64,000 nt of DNA from positions 3,272 through 67,271 of the forward strand of contig JAGLDC010000029.1 in NCBI GenBank assembly GCA_023145965.1. The letters run 5' to 3'. This stretch comes from a bacterium (GTDB taxonomy: Bacteria > UBP14 > UBA6098). The notes below the pieces were generated by a model. That model was not told the origin of the DNA, made no database searches, and saw only the letters and a list, made by a program, of their open reading frames with translations. Positions 29,475 to 39,675 of the stretch are shown here, one piece after another. How positions within the stretch are numbered: the stretch's first letter is position 1; each line of letters opens with the position of its first letter. Both the position numbers and the translations under genes were made by a program.

Positions 29475-30584
29475 ATGGCTTTTAAATACCTTTCTAAGAA
29501 CGGGCTTAAGGAACTTCTCCATAAACTCGATGACTGGGGAGATCTTTTTTGGGTTGACGGCTCAGTAGAGGGAAAACCGAGGTTATCTAGAGCGACGAAA
29601 AAGGGAATCGATGAATATCGCCTTCCGCTTTTCCGTGGAGTCGAGCCTCTTAAATCTCTTATCATGCCTCCAAAGCAAAAGGTCGGCGAATATCCCGGAA
29701 ATCTCGAAAAGGACATAGAGGTTGCACACAAAAAGCGGGCTATATTTGGTATTACACAGTGTGATTTAGCCGGCATTAAGGTTTATGACCGGGTTTTCCG
29801 CGACGATCCCGATTTTTTAGATCCATTTTACATCGAACGCAGAGAGGGATTATTCATCGTTACTATCGACTGTTGCGATGTTCACCCCAGTTGTTTCTGC
29901 AATCTCGTTAAGGGTAAACCTTATTGTGATACCGGTTCGGGGTTCGACCTCAATCTTACTCATGTCGAGAATGGTTTCCTTGTGGAAATCGGTTCTGATG
30001 CTGGAGAGCAAATACTCAAGGGCACCGGCGCGAGCGAAGCCACTGATTCGTTAAAGGCTGACAGGGACAAGACTCGTGCTCGGACGATGAAAAAGCTTGA
30101 GGAACAAAACGCACAATTTGTTACTGAAAAAACTTTTATTGAATTGGTCAGCGAAGCCAAAGATGAACCAGAAAGCTATCGGCACCACGGCTCTACTTGC
30201 GTTGAATGTGGCGCTTGCACCAATGTTTGTCCCGCTTGTTTCTGCTTTTCCATATATGACAACAGTGTCGATGGGGAACGCTATGAGCGTCTCATGACTT
30301 GGGACAGTTGTCAATTGGCGGGTTTTTCTCGTATGGCTGGAATGCTTAATCCCAGGCTCAGAGTAGCTCAAAGATTCATGCACAGATACAACCATAAATT
30401 TTTCCATTATCCATGGCGATACGATGGATGGCCTTCGTGCACCGGTTGTGGCCGCTGCATCGATAATTGCATGGGGAATATAGATATGCGAGCCACTCTT
30501 CGCGACCTTTCCGTCGATTCTGTGGCGGATATGCTTCCGTCCCCATCCCCTAAAAACCACGCTGAACGCGTGGCCGGTAAGTAG
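29475..30584 (+). CDS. Fe-S subunit, AsrA / sulfhydrogenase-beta (HydB)-like, with 2x[4Fe-4S] motifs
   Basis: CVECGACTNVCPACFC and CTGCGRCIDNCMGNIDM ferredoxin-type cysteine clusters. 369 aa. Family resemblance to anaerobic sulfite reductase subunit A. Confidence 0.7.
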   Translation: MAFKYLSKNGLKELLHKLDDWGDLFWVDGSVEGKPRLSRATKKGIDEYRLPLFRGVEPLKSLIMPPKQKVGEYPGNLEKDIEVAHKKRAIFGITQCDLAGIKVYDRVFRDDPDFLDPFYIERREGLFIVTIDCCDVHPSCFCNLVKGKPYCDTGSGFDLNLTHVENGFLVEIGSDAGEQILKGTGASEATDSLKADRDKTRARTMKKLEEQNAQFVTEKTFIELVSEAKDEPESYRHHGSTCVECGACTNVCPACFCFSIYDNSVDGERYERLMTWDSCQLAGFSRMAGMLNPRLRVAQRFMHRYNHKFFHYPWRYDGWPSCTGCGRCIDNCMGNIDMRATLRDLSVDSVADMLPSPSPKNHAERVAGK

Positions 30585-30593
30585 GAGAATTTT

Positions 30594-31424
30594 ATGTCGG
30601 AAAAAATGAAAAACATCTACTATCCGATCGACGCAAAAGTCGTCGAGATTATCCCTGAGACTTCGACAATCAAGACTTTTCGTTTTAAGCTCTCTGAGCC
30701 GCTTAAATTCAGAGCGGGGCAGTTTGTTCAACTCACTGTCCCTGGTGTCGGCGAGGCTCCCTTTACTCCTTCGAGTGAACCAGGGGAATCGACCGATCTC
30801 GATATTACTATTCTGCGCACTGGAAGAGTTACCGATTGCCTTCACGACACTATCAAGCCCGGTTCTCCGGTCGGTATTCGCGGCCCTTTTGGTAAGGGCT
30901 ATCCCATGGACAAGTTCAAGGGGCATACAGTTATGGTTGTCGGTGGTGGTGTGGGTTTAGCTCCGATGAGAGCTGGTATTTATGGGCTTTTCCAGAATAT
31001 CGATGATTATAAGCGTGTTTCAATTAAATTTGGAGCTAAAAGTCCTAAGGATTTCTGTTTCACAAACGAATTCGACGCATGGTCCAAGAAACCTCATACC
31101 GACCTTAAGCTTACTATCGACCGTCCTTATCCAGGATGGACTGGCACTGTCGGTGTCGTAACAGTGCTTCTCGACGATCTCGATGTCGATATTAATGACA
31201 CATATGTTATTAGTTGTGGCCCTGATATAATGCTCAAGTTCGTTACTTTGAAACTCCTCGACCTTGGATTCGACCCATATCATATATATCTCTCGATGAA
31301 CCGCCGCATGAGTTGCGGTCTCGGCAAATGTCATCGTTGCAACATCGGGCCCTATTATATATGTAAGGATGGACCGGATATGTGTTACGGCGAGATAATG
31401 AACTACCCAAATGTTTTCGGTTGA
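30594..31424 (+). CDS. FAD/NAD(P)-binding oxidoreductase subunit with C-terminal [2Fe-2S], AsrB/HydG/PyrK-like
   Basis: FNR-like fold with APFTPSS flavin motif and GGGVGLAPM NAD(P) motif. C-terminal CGLGKCHRCNIGP...C cluster. Confidence 0.8.
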   Translation: MSEKMKNIYYPIDAKVVEIIPETSTIKTFRFKLSEPLKFRAGQFVQLTVPGVGEAPFTPSSEPGESTDLDITILRTGRVTDCLHDTIKPGSPVGIRGPFGKGYPMDKFKGHTVMVVGGGVGLAPMRAGIYGLFQNIDDYKRVSIKFGAKSPKDFCFTNEFDAWSKKPHTDLKLTIDRPYPGWTGTVGVVTVLLDDLDVDINDTYVISCGPDIMLKFVTLKLLDLGFDPYHIYLSMNRRMSCGLGKCHRCNIGPYYICKDGPDMCYGEIMNYPNVFG

Positions 31425-31440
31425 TAAAAAGGGGTAATGT

Positions 31441-33069
31441 ATGCCCGCGTTTAAAACAAGATGTTTATTTTGTCCCATGCAGGACAGCTTTTTCATGATG
31501 GAATCTCCATGCTCCGAAGAAGCGGTTTGGGGTAGAAAATCAGCACTCTCTATCGAGTTCGATCCCGAAGTTACCAGAGGGCTTTGTGCACGTGGTAATT
31601 ATTGCCAGGAATTAGCCTTCCATAAAGATCGCGCTTTACGCTCCAATATTGGCACAGAACCTCATGCGATGGATGATGTAGCTAGCTCTATATTTCATGC
31701 TCTCAAAGCTGAATCGCCAGACAGAACAGCGATACTTCTCGATGGCTCTCTCACGCTCGAGGAATCATCTAAGGCCATCGCTCTCGCCGAAAAACTTGGG
31801 ACTAAACTTGTTGCGCTACTTCCCGCAGAGGACGTTGCAGTTGCACCTTTTAAAAACAGCTTTACCTTCGATGCTGTTTCCACCGCTACAACCAATATAG
31901 TGATAGGCGATGTTTTCACTATGAACCCGACTATAACCAAGCTTCTTCACGATGCCAGTGCTTTGGGGAGACGCAATATTATGGTTAATATCGATACAGT
32001 TCACAGCAGAACCGGCTGGTTTGCGCACCCTGAGTTGGTAGTTGGATTAGGTAAGACCTCTGTTCTCATCGAGGCGATTATTGCCTCGATCGGTGGTAAA
32101 GTTCTCGACGAGTTGCCGCTTAGCGACTTAGGTATTTCTATTGGCGATTTTTCTAGGACTGTCGATGCTATTAAATCCGCTGAGGGTAAGGGTAATATTA
32201 TTTTCTCTCCCGGATGGCATTTCGTCGATCCATTTACAATCGCCTCGGCAGCTCAAAGGCTCGCGGAGCTTACCGGATTCGGTTTTGGAGTTCTTCCGGT
32301 CGCGACCAACTCTCGCGGAATTTATAGGCTTTTAGCCTCGGCTGGTTGCGACATTACAGGGACCTACAAAGCCCTTGCTTCCGGCGATATCGATGCTCTT
32401 CTTGCGCTCGATTGCGATCCGATTGAAGCCCTCCCAAATATCAAAATTCCTAAGGTTTTCGCATTAACCGGCCAGCTTATGAGCCATGGATACAAAAATG
32501 CTTCGCATTTCATCCCTTCGAGATATTTATTTGAGAAAACTGGTAAAATACTCGGAACAGAGGAGAATATTATCTCTCTCGATGAGGCTATCGATGGTCC
32601 TAGAGTCAAGGCAGTCGGCGATATCCTCGATGCTATTATAGGAGGTAAAGCGCCGGTTTTAAACGATCTTGAATCTATTGTTACCGATGTTGCCGAGGTT
32701 GGCACTAGTCCCATTTCCGGATCGGGCTCACCCGATGGTGAATTCATCGCTGTTGGAAATGGCAATGTTCTCCATCACGGCGATGGCAGATACACACGCC
32801 GGATGGATTTTCCAAATCTTCGCGCCCCTCTCGATACAGATGCTGTTGAGATACCAACGGCTATCGTGGAGAAACTCGGCCTTTCGGATGGTGATGATAT
32901 AGAATTATCGAGCAAATATGGAACGGCCAAACTTAAAGCTAAAAAAGCACCTTGGCTCGATAACGATAAAGTCCTAATCCCCATGCACAACACAGTTGCA
33001 CGCGGCCTATTCGATTGGGGTAATCAACCGGCTCTCACCCCTATTGGGGTTAAGATAAAAAAGTTATAA
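31441..33069 (+). CDS. Molybdopterin-oxidoreductase (MopB) family subunit, Fdh/NuoG-like; catalytic competence uncertain
   Basis: N-terminal Cys-rich segment CLFCPMQ...PC...GLCARGNYC. C-terminal molybdopterin-dinucleotide-binding-like domain (VEIPTAIVEKLGLSDGDDIELSS...AKLKAK...VLIPMHNT). Only 542 aa. Confidence 0.65.
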   Translation: MPAFKTRCLFCPMQDSFFMMESPCSEEAVWGRKSALSIEFDPEVTRGLCARGNYCQELAFHKDRALRSNIGTEPHAMDDVASSIFHALKAESPDRTAILLDGSLTLEESSKAIALAEKLGTKLVALLPAEDVAVAPFKNSFTFDAVSTATTNIVIGDVFTMNPTITKLLHDASALGRRNIMVNIDTVHSRTGWFAHPELVVGLGKTSVLIEAIIASIGGKVLDELPLSDLGISIGDFSRTVDAIKSAEGKGNIIFSPGWHFVDPFTIASAAQRLAELTGFGFGVLPVATNSRGIYRLLASAGCDITGTYKALASGDIDALLALDCDPIEALPNIKIPKVFALTGQLMSHGYKNASHFIPSRYLFEKTGKILGTEENIISLDEAIDGPRVKAVGDILDAIIGGKAPVLNDLESIVTDVAEVGTSPISGSGSPDGEFIAVGNGNVLHHGDGRYTRRMDFPNLRAPLDTDAVEIPTAIVEKLGLSDGDDIELSSKYGTAKLKAKKAPWLDNDKVLIPMHNTVARGLFDWGNQPALTPIGVKIKKL

Positions 33070-33085
33070 ACGCTCGGAGCAATTT

Positions 33086-33583
33086 ATGGAACAAACCCAA
33101 ATAAAGACCGAAGAGCGCAGGGTAATAATCAACATCGACCGTTGCATTGGTTGCTCCTCGTGCAGGGAGGCTTGCTCTCGGACACATCAAGCGGACTTGA
33201 ACCTTACGCAGGCTAAGGCCGAACCGGTCGCAGTTTTTCCGGGACACTGCCGACACTGCGAAAATCCGGCATGTGTTGCCGCTTGCCCGAAAGATGCAAT
33301 TATTAAGGGCGAAGACGGCATTGTTCGTAGGTTCGCATTCCGTTGTATCGGTTGCAAGAGTTGTGCTATCGCTTGCCCGTTTGGCGCAATACAACCGGAA
33401 CATCTTCGTGATGTAATCGCAAAATGCGACCTTTGCTATCAAAGACTCGAAGAGGACAAACTTCCGGCGTGTGTTACCACATGCGTTTCGGGGGCACTCA
33501 CCTTCGAGAAACCGAAGGATGTAATCAACGGAAATCTCGCCGGTGCGCGCGTAAAAGCGAAGCCCGGAATGAGGCGCTGGTAA
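33086..33583 (+). CDS. 4Fe-4S ferredoxin subunit, HycB/HyfA-like
   Basis: Four Cys clusters (CIGCSSCREAC, CRHCENPACVAACP, CIGCKSCAIACP, CDLC...C), typical of the formate-hydrogenlyase small Fe-S subunit. Confidence 0.8.
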   Translation: MEQTQIKTEERRVIINIDRCIGCSSCREACSRTHQADLNLTQAKAEPVAVFPGHCRHCENPACVAACPKDAIIKGEDGIVRRFAFRCIGCKSCAIACPFGAIQPEHLRDVIAKCDLCYQRLEEDKLPACVTTCVSGALTFEKPKDVINGNLAGARVKAKPGMRRW

Positions 33584-33598
33584 AAAGGGAGAATATCG

Positions 33599-34522
33599 AT
33601 GCAAGTATTTTACTATCTTATCTTTCCCGGATTCCTCTTCGCTGCCATGGCGGGACTTTTAACTACGTGGTTCGACCGCAAGGTTACCGCGAGGGTCCAA
33701 TACCGCGTCGGCCCACCGTGGTTCCAGAGTTTCGCGGACATTATGAAACTTATGGGCAAAGAGGTTATCCTTCCGGAAAACGCTAAGAAAACTGGATTCC
33801 TTCTCGCTCCTTTAGTCGCACTTGCCGCCTCGGTTCTTGTAGCGACCATGCTCGGTCTCAGCAACTGGAATTATGATTCTGGTTTCGTTGGCGACATAAT
33901 AGTTTTCTGGTATTTTCTCGCCATACCTTCTACTATGATTATCCTCGGTGCTGGCGCTGCCGGAACTCCTCTCTCCGCAGTTGGTTCCTCGCGAGAGATG
34001 AAGCTTCTTTTAGGTTATGAAGTTCCGTTTGTTATAATTATTACCATGATTATCTTCAAAGCCGGTTCTCTTTCCCTCGGCGGGATTCTCTCATATCAGT
34101 TTGCCCATGGCCCTATACTCTATTCGATTTCAGGCGTCATCGGCTTCATTGTTGCCCTTCTTTGCGTTCAGGCAAAGCTCGGTCTCGTTCCATTCGATGC
34201 CCCAGAGGCTGAAACAGAACTTGGTGGGGGCGTGTTCTACGACTATAGTGGAGCTGCACTTGGCGGTTTCAAGCTTTCTAAAGCGATCCTTTTTTATGCC
34301 TTGCCCATTTTCCTTATCACTCTATTTTGGGGTGGTGTTAGAATCGACGGTGGCATAGGGATTCTTTGGGCTTTGCTCAAATATATATTAATCGTGGCTT
34401 TAATTACTGTAATAAGAAACACTAATCCGCGCCTTAGAATCGACCAGGCGGTCAAGTTCTTCTGGGGATGGATGACTATCCTCTCCGTGATCGCCTTCAT
34501 TCTCAGCGCGAATGGCTTATAA
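33599..34522 (+). CDS. Membrane subunit NuoH/HycD/MbhM-like
   Basis: RKVTARVQYRVGPP motif, the NuoH family R-x3-Q-x-R-x-GP. Multiple TM helices. Confidence 0.85.
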   Translation: MQVFYYLIFPGFLFAAMAGLLTTWFDRKVTARVQYRVGPPWFQSFADIMKLMGKEVILPENAKKTGFLLAPLVALAASVLVATMLGLSNWNYDSGFVGDIIVFWYFLAIPSTMIILGAGAAGTPLSAVGSSREMKLLLGYEVPFVIIITMIIFKAGSLSLGGILSYQFAHGPILYSISGVIGFIVALLCVQAKLGLVPFDAPEAETELGGGVFYDYSGAALGGFKLSKAILFYALPIFLITLFWGGVRIDGGIGILWALLKYILIVALITVIRNTNPRLRIDQAVKFFWGWMTILSVIAFILSANGL

Positions 34523-34533
34523 GGACCGAAAAA

Positions 34534-34965
34534 ATGGGACTTAAAACAGCGGCACTCAAAAAATCTATATGGGTCTTTCATGTGGCATGTAGCCCATGTA
34601 ACAACTGCGATATAGAAATATTGGACCTTCTCACACCACGCTTCGATGTCGAAAGGTTCGGTATAATTCTAGTGGGAAGCCCTCGTCATGCGGATGCGCT
34701 TCTTATCACTGGAGTCGCAAACAGGCATGTAACACCGAGACTTATAGAAACCTATCGCGCAACATCCAAACCATGTGTTTGTTTCTTATTCGGTGCCTGT
34801 TCCTCTTATGGTAACTTCTTCAGAGGTGGCTATAATGTTCCTAGGAGGATTGATGACATTATCAAAGAAGAAGATCCGAACGCTATTATCGTTTACATCC
34901 CCGGATGTCCGCCGAAACCCGAAGCGATGATAGCTGGAGTCGTCAAGGCCCTGTCTGTTTTATAA
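34534..34965 (+). CDS. [NiFe] hydrogenase small subunit, NuoB/HycG/MbhJ-like
   Basis: CSPCNNCDIE...GSPRHADALLITG...C...GCPPKPE, the NuoB-type proximal-cluster cysteines. Start at MGLKTAAL, downstream of the track's 34468 start. Confidence 0.85.
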   Translation: MGLKTAALKKSIWVFHVACSPCNNCDIEILDLLTPRFDVERFGIILVGSPRHADALLITGVANRHVTPRLIETYRATSKPCVCFLFGACSSYGNFFRGGYNVPRRIDDIIKEEDPNAIIVYIPGCPPKPEAMIAGVVKALSVL

Positions 34966-34996
34966 CAAGGCCCTGTCTGTTTTACAAGGAGATTAT

Positions 34997-35488
34997 ATGA
35001 CCGACAAACAAAAATATGCAATTAAAGAGAAGGTCGAAAAAGCTGTAGGAAATCTTATTCTGTCTATAGATCAACCCAAGCCGAACAGGATATATCTCGT
35101 TGTTGATCAAAAGGATTTACCTGCTGCAGCTAAAATAATCTACGAGCAGCTCGATGGACGACTTGCAACAAGCACCGCTCTTGAGGTTCACGATGCTGTC
35201 GAGTTGATTTATCACTTTATGTTCGATAAGGATCAGGTTTTGTGTAACCTTAAAACCTTGGTTATGAAACCAGAGCTAAAGGTAGGTTCGGTCGGAGCTT
35301 TCCTTCCTGCTGCAGACTGGATAGAGCGTGAGATGTCCGAAATGTATGGAGTTATATTCGAGGGACATCCCGACCCGAGACATCTTCTTCTTCCTGATGG
35401 TTGGCCTGAGGGGAACTTCCCATATCGGAAGGACTATCCCCAGAATCCAGAGGGATTCACAGACGAAACAAAACCGGTTGTTTACTAG
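34997..35488 (+). CDS. NuoC/MbhK-like hydrogenase subunit (30-kDa subunit family)
   Basis: EREMSEMYGVIFEGHPDPRHLLLPDGW is the NuoC signature. AAGGAG RBS. Confidence 0.8.
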   Translation: MTDKQKYAIKEKVEKAVGNLILSIDQPKPNRIYLVVDQKDLPAAAKIIYEQLDGRLATSTALEVHDAVELIYHFMFDKDQVLCNLKTLVMKPELKVGSVGAFLPAADWIEREMSEMYGVIFEGHPDPRHLLLPDGWPEGNFPYRKDYPQNPEGFTDETKPVVY

Positions 35489-35498
35489 AGGATTTTAT

Positions 35499-36716
35499 AT
35501 GAAAAAGACTACTCTACCCATCGGCCCATTCCATCCTCTCCTCGAGGAGCCGGAGTTTTTCACCCTCTACCTCGATGGCGAAACAGTCACTCATGTCGAT
35601 CTTAGAATCGGTTATAACCATCGCGGTCACGAGAAACTCGCCACAGGCCTTACCTGGGACCAGGTGCCTTTTTTGGTCGAGAGAATATGCGGTATCTGCT
35701 CTACAAGCCACCCTTATGCTTATGTTCTCGCTGTCGAAGACCTACTCGGCATCGAAGCGCCACCTCGTGGACAATTCATTCGCTCGCTCATCGGTGAGAT
35801 GGAGCGTATTCACAGCCACCTTCTGTGGCTTGGACTCGCTGGTCACTTCATTGGCTATAATACACTTTGGATGTGGTCTTGGCGCTATCGCGAGGAGATA
35901 CTCGACGCATGCGAATTACTTTCCGGAAACCGAAATCACTATGCAATGAACCGAGTCGGTGGGGCACGTAGAGATGTTTCTCAGAAGGCGCTCGATTTTA
36001 CGATGAAGGCGCTCGATTCAAATGAAAAATCAACCAATATGTTCCTTGGCGCTATTGCCGACGATCCTGTTATTCATAAGAGGTTGAAAGGTGTTGGCGT
36101 GCTTTCAAAAGAGGACGCCATCGCCTATGCCGCCACTGGGCCAACATCGAGACCCTCCGGCGTGCCGTGGGATGTTCGCGTTGATGATCCCTATGACGCT
36201 TATGGCATCAGCCACGAAGCCGGTGCTTGGAAGGTTATCGTTACTGAAAACGGCGATGTTTTTGATAAAGCGGTTTGCCGTGTTCTCGAAATTTTAGAAT
36301 CAATTTATCTTTGCAGATGGCTAATTGAGAACTTGCCCGATGGAGATATTCAAGTTGTTCCGGGTAATATCCCCGAAGGTGAGGGTTGTGGTCACCACGA
36401 GGCACCGCGCGGCGAGGTTTTTCACTATGTTCGTTCCGATGGCTCGAACAAACCTATAAGGCATAAAGTTCGCGCCCCGACCTTTGTGAATCTGCCGACC
36501 TATAAAGCGAGTTGCATTGGCGAAACGATTTCCGACGTCGCGCTTATCACGGCTTCTATCGACCCGTGTTATTGTTGCACAGAGCGTGTTGGTGTAGTTT
36601 CTCGCGGTAGCCGCAATTCGCTTACGCAAGACGATCTAGTTAAACTTTCGGTCGAGAGGACTCTCGAGATCGAGAAAAAGATGGGCGTTAAATCTATATT
36701 GAGCAAATTTCGGTAG
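35499..36716 (+). CDS. Group 4 [NiFe] hydrogenase large subunit (NuoD/HycE/MbhL-like)
   Basis: N-terminal Ni-binding L1 motif RICGICSTSH and C-terminal L2 motif DPCYCCTER, so a genuine hydrogenase rather than a Nuo subunit. Start at MKKTT with AGAGGA RBS. The track ORF start at 35328 is in the previous gene. Confidence 0.9.
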   Translation: MKKTTLPIGPFHPLLEEPEFFTLYLDGETVTHVDLRIGYNHRGHEKLATGLTWDQVPFLVERICGICSTSHPYAYVLAVEDLLGIEAPPRGQFIRSLIGEMERIHSHLLWLGLAGHFIGYNTLWMWSWRYREEILDACELLSGNRNHYAMNRVGGARRDVSQKALDFTMKALDSNEKSTNMFLGAIADDPVIHKRLKGVGVLSKEDAIAYAATGPTSRPSGVPWDVRVDDPYDAYGISHEAGAWKVIVTENGDVFDKAVCRVLEILESIYLCRWLIENLPDGDIQVVPGNIPEGEGCGHHEAPRGEVFHYVRSDGSNKPIRHKVRAPTFVNLPTYKASCIGETISDVALITASIDPCYCCTERVGVVSRGSRNSLTQDDLVKLSVERTLEIEKKMGVKSILSKFR

Positions 36717-36795
36717 AATGTAGGTTCGACCTATTGGGTCGTTCATACTTATCAGCTACTGCTGATCCCTACAATCGGAAATAAAGGACGCTTTT

Positions 36796-38622
36796 ATGGA
36801 AACACAAATTATACATCTAGTGCTCGTGCCGTTCGTGGCCGGCCTCCTGTGCTTGATTCTACCAAAAGTCAAGTTCTTGAAGGAATTTATTGCCGGCGTG
36901 GCATCGATCTGGGTTATGTATATGTCTGCCATGATATTCCATGGTGGCGATTTTGCAGTCAAGCTCGTGGAGTATTCTGTTGCAGGAATGCCCGTATCGC
37001 TCGATCTCGTCGGAACGCCTCTTAGTAAAATGATAGTCCTTTTTATCAGCCTTTTCGGCGTTTTAGGAACACTTTATAGCTGGAAATTTCGCTCTGGCGA
37101 GAAAGGTAACCACCTTTATTACGCCTTATTCCTCTGGACTTTAGCCGTTAGTGATCTTGCTGTTCTTTCCGACAATCTTCTTTTCTTTGTGATTTTTTGG
37201 GAGCTTTCTACATTATTCTTATACGGCCTGATCAACTGTGGCCATCGCGATAAAAAAGCCGCCGCCGCCGCTAGCTTTCGCACTTTCGCTATTCTTGGCT
37301 TCTCCGAAGCGGCGCTTCTTCTCGGCGTTGTAATAATCTGGGTTCAATTTGGCACGATCACGATCTCTTCTTTGTCTATACCGACTTCAGGAACGATGGG
37401 TGTTCTTCTTTATCTTATGTTCTTTGCCGCCGCTGCGGCCAAAGCCGGCGCAATGCCGCTTCACGCTTGGGTCCCTTCATCTGCTGAGGGTGCACCTACG
37501 AGCATTATGGGTTTCCTTCCCGCTTCATTGGATAAGCTCCTCGGCATTTATTTCCTCGCAAAAATTTCACTCGAACTATTTGTCCTAAATTCCGGCCTTC
37601 AACTAATGGTCATGATCATCGGCGCCGTTACGATTCTCTTTGCTGTTATGATGGCACTCGTTCAGCACGACTTAAAGAAGCTTCTAGCTTACCACGCTGT
37701 GAGTCAGGTCGGTTACATGGTCCTTGGAATAGGAACCGGCAGCGTTATTGGTATTATAGGTGCACTTTTCCACATGCTTAACAATGCAATTTACAAAGCC
37801 GGTCTTTTCTATGGTGCTGGCATAATAGAAAAGCGTGCTGGAACGACAGACCTCGAGAAACTCGGTGGTCTCGCCAAATTTATGCCCCTTAATTTTATTG
37901 CCATGATGATCTTCGCTCTCGCAATCTCTGGTGTTCCACCCTTAAATGGCTTTGCCTCTAAATGGATGGTCTATCAAGGTTGTGTTGAGGCAGGAAGACC
38001 CGTTATGCTTATCATCGCTATGGTTGGAAGCGCCCTTACATTGGCTTCGTTCATCAAGGTTATTTATTCAACCTTCTTTGGAAGTAAACCAGACGCTATT
38101 AAAATCGAGAAAAAAAGTTCCTTCACATTTGCCATTCCTTTGGTTGTCCTGGCGCTTGCATGTATTGGTTTTGGTGTTTTCGCTTCTTGGCCGGTTAAAA
38201 CCTTCTTTGCACCTGCAATCGGTGCAAATCTGAATGCCTTAGCCGATAGTGCTTTCTGGAGCTCTAGCCTCGCTACAGGCATGATCATCATCGGGCTGGC
38301 TCTAGGACTCGCTATTTATCTCTTTGGAAAGGCCTTTAAGCCAAGAGTTGCTCCTTCCTATTACGGTGGCGAACAGCTTCCGGTCGAGGATATCCGTGTT
38401 CCCGGAACCGGATTCTATGAGACCATTCAAAAACTCCCCGTCCTCAGGACGATTTACCGCGACAGCGAGGAGGGTGTTTGGGCACCTGACTTTTTCGTCG
38501 CTACAATAATAGATAGAATTATCGTTAAGGGTTTAAAAAGGATGCACACTGGTGTGCTTTCGACCTATCTTTCGTGGTGCATTATCGGATTAGTTGCGCT
38601 AATGTTTTTATTAATTATATAG
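36796..38622 (+). CDS. Antiporter-like membrane subunit NuoL/MrpA/HycC-like
   Basis: 608 aa, ~16 predicted TM helices. Proton-antiporter core pattern (HAWVPSSAEGAPTSIMGFL). Confidence 0.85.
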   Translation: METQIIHLVLVPFVAGLLCLILPKVKFLKEFIAGVASIWVMYMSAMIFHGGDFAVKLVEYSVAGMPVSLDLVGTPLSKMIVLFISLFGVLGTLYSWKFRSGEKGNHLYYALFLWTLAVSDLAVLSDNLLFFVIFWELSTLFLYGLINCGHRDKKAAAAASFRTFAILGFSEAALLLGVVIIWVQFGTITISSLSIPTSGTMGVLLYLMFFAAAAAKAGAMPLHAWVPSSAEGAPTSIMGFLPASLDKLLGIYFLAKISLELFVLNSGLQLMVMIIGAVTILFAVMMALVQHDLKKLLAYHAVSQVGYMVLGIGTGSVIGIIGALFHMLNNAIYKAGLFYGAGIIEKRAGTTDLEKLGGLAKFMPLNFIAMMIFALAISGVPPLNGFASKWMVYQGCVEAGRPVMLIIAMVGSALTLASFIKVIYSTFFGSKPDAIKIEKKSSFTFAIPLVVLALACIGFGVFASWPVKTFFAPAIGANLNALADSAFWSSSLATGMIIIGLALGLAIYLFGKAFKPRVAPSYYGGEQLPVEDIRVPGTGFYETIQKLPVLRTIYRDSEEGVWAPDFFVATIIDRIIVKGLKRMHTGVLSTYLSWCIIGLVALMFLLII

Positions 38623-38632
38623 GAGGCGAGCC

Positions 38633-39193
38633 GTGAACGCGCTCTTCCATGTTTTAATGTTGTTTATGTTATTAGGTGCCGCGGTGGCTATCGAGACTAA
38701 AAATATGCTTTCTTCGGTTATCGCCGCAGGAGCAGTGGGATTCGGCGTAAGCCTTATGTTCCTTTTTCTTGGTGCGCCAGACATTGCAATCACACAGGTT
38801 ATTGTCGAGGTCTTAAGCCTGATCATTCTCATTCGGGCTACTACTTTCGCCGACAATCGCGCTATTGAACGCAAGATGGACAATTTCGCGACAGTCACCG
38901 GGCTTATCTTCATCGGTTTTTTAGTTATGGCCGCCGTTTGGGCTTTCAAGGACCTTACTCCCTTTGGCGAGCCTTTAATGAGGGTATCTAGAAGGTATCT
39001 CTCCGGTTCTGCCGCTGAGACCGGTGCTTTTAATGTCGTTTCAGGTGTGATTCTCGATTATCGCGCTTATGACACACTCGGAGAGGCTATTGTTCTTTTC
39101 ACTAGCATTCTTTCCGCTTTTGTTATCCTGCGCCGTCGCGGCAAAAAAGATATCGAAGCACCCGATACCGAACAATTTGGAATCATCGAATAG
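38633..39193 (+). CDS. MrpB/MnhB-domain membrane subunit
   Basis: C-terminal NVVSGVILDYRAYDTLGEAIVLF matches the MnhB DUF4040-type motif. GTG start. Confidence 0.7.
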   Translation: MNALFHVLMLFMLLGAAVAIETKNMLSSVIAAGAVGFGVSLMFLFLGAPDIAITQVIVEVLSLIILIRATTFADNRAIERKMDNFATVTGLIFIGFLVMAAVWAFKDLTPFGEPLMRVSRRYLSGSAAETGAFNVVSGVILDYRAYDTLGEAIVLFTSILSAFVILRRRGKKDIEAPDTEQFGIIE

Positions 39194-39201
39194 GAGAAGA
39201 T

Positions 39202-39675
39202 ATGAGCAATATTCGAGAACTATCAAATGATGAATCCAGCGGGATGACGATCATAGTCAAGACCATTTCGCGTCTTGTGCTTAGTTTCATTCTCTTGTTC
39301 GGGTTCTATATTATTTTATATGGCCATATCACTCCCGGCGGAGGTTTTGCAGGTGGTGTTATTCTGGCTATCGCTTATGTCCTTTTAATGCTATCTTTCG
39401 GAAGCAAGGTTTCGCTTAAGAAACTTAGTAACTTCTGGTCGAGCATGGCCGACAACTTAGGGGCATTAGCTTTTATCATAATAGGTTTTCTTGGCCTGAC
39501 TGGCGGATACTTCATTACAAATTTCATTTGGCACGGACACCCCGGCCAACTTGTCTCAGCCGGAATTATACCCCTTTGCAATATTGCGATAGCGATAAAG
39601 GTCAGTGCGGCGCTTTATGCTATCTTTATCGGCCTGTCCATTTACGGCCGTATCGTTACTGAGGAGGACAAATAA
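39202..39675 (+). CDS. MrpB/MnhB-like membrane subunit
   Basis: GHITPGGGFAGGVILA motif, the Mrp subunit B signature. Confidence 0.7.
   Translation: MSNIRELSNDESSGMTIIVKTISRLVLSFILLFGFYIILYGHITPGGGFAGGVILAIAYVLLMLSFGSKVSLKKLSNFWSSMADNLGALAFIIIGFLGLTGGYFITNFIWHGHPGQLVSAGIIPLCNIAIAIKVSAALYAIFIGLSIYGRIVTEEDK

Noticed and set aside
31441-33069. Possibility that the MopB-like subunit is a selenoprotein
   Set aside because: No in-frame TGA in the ORF and no obvious SECIS-like hairpin. Treated as a Cys/non-catalytic form.
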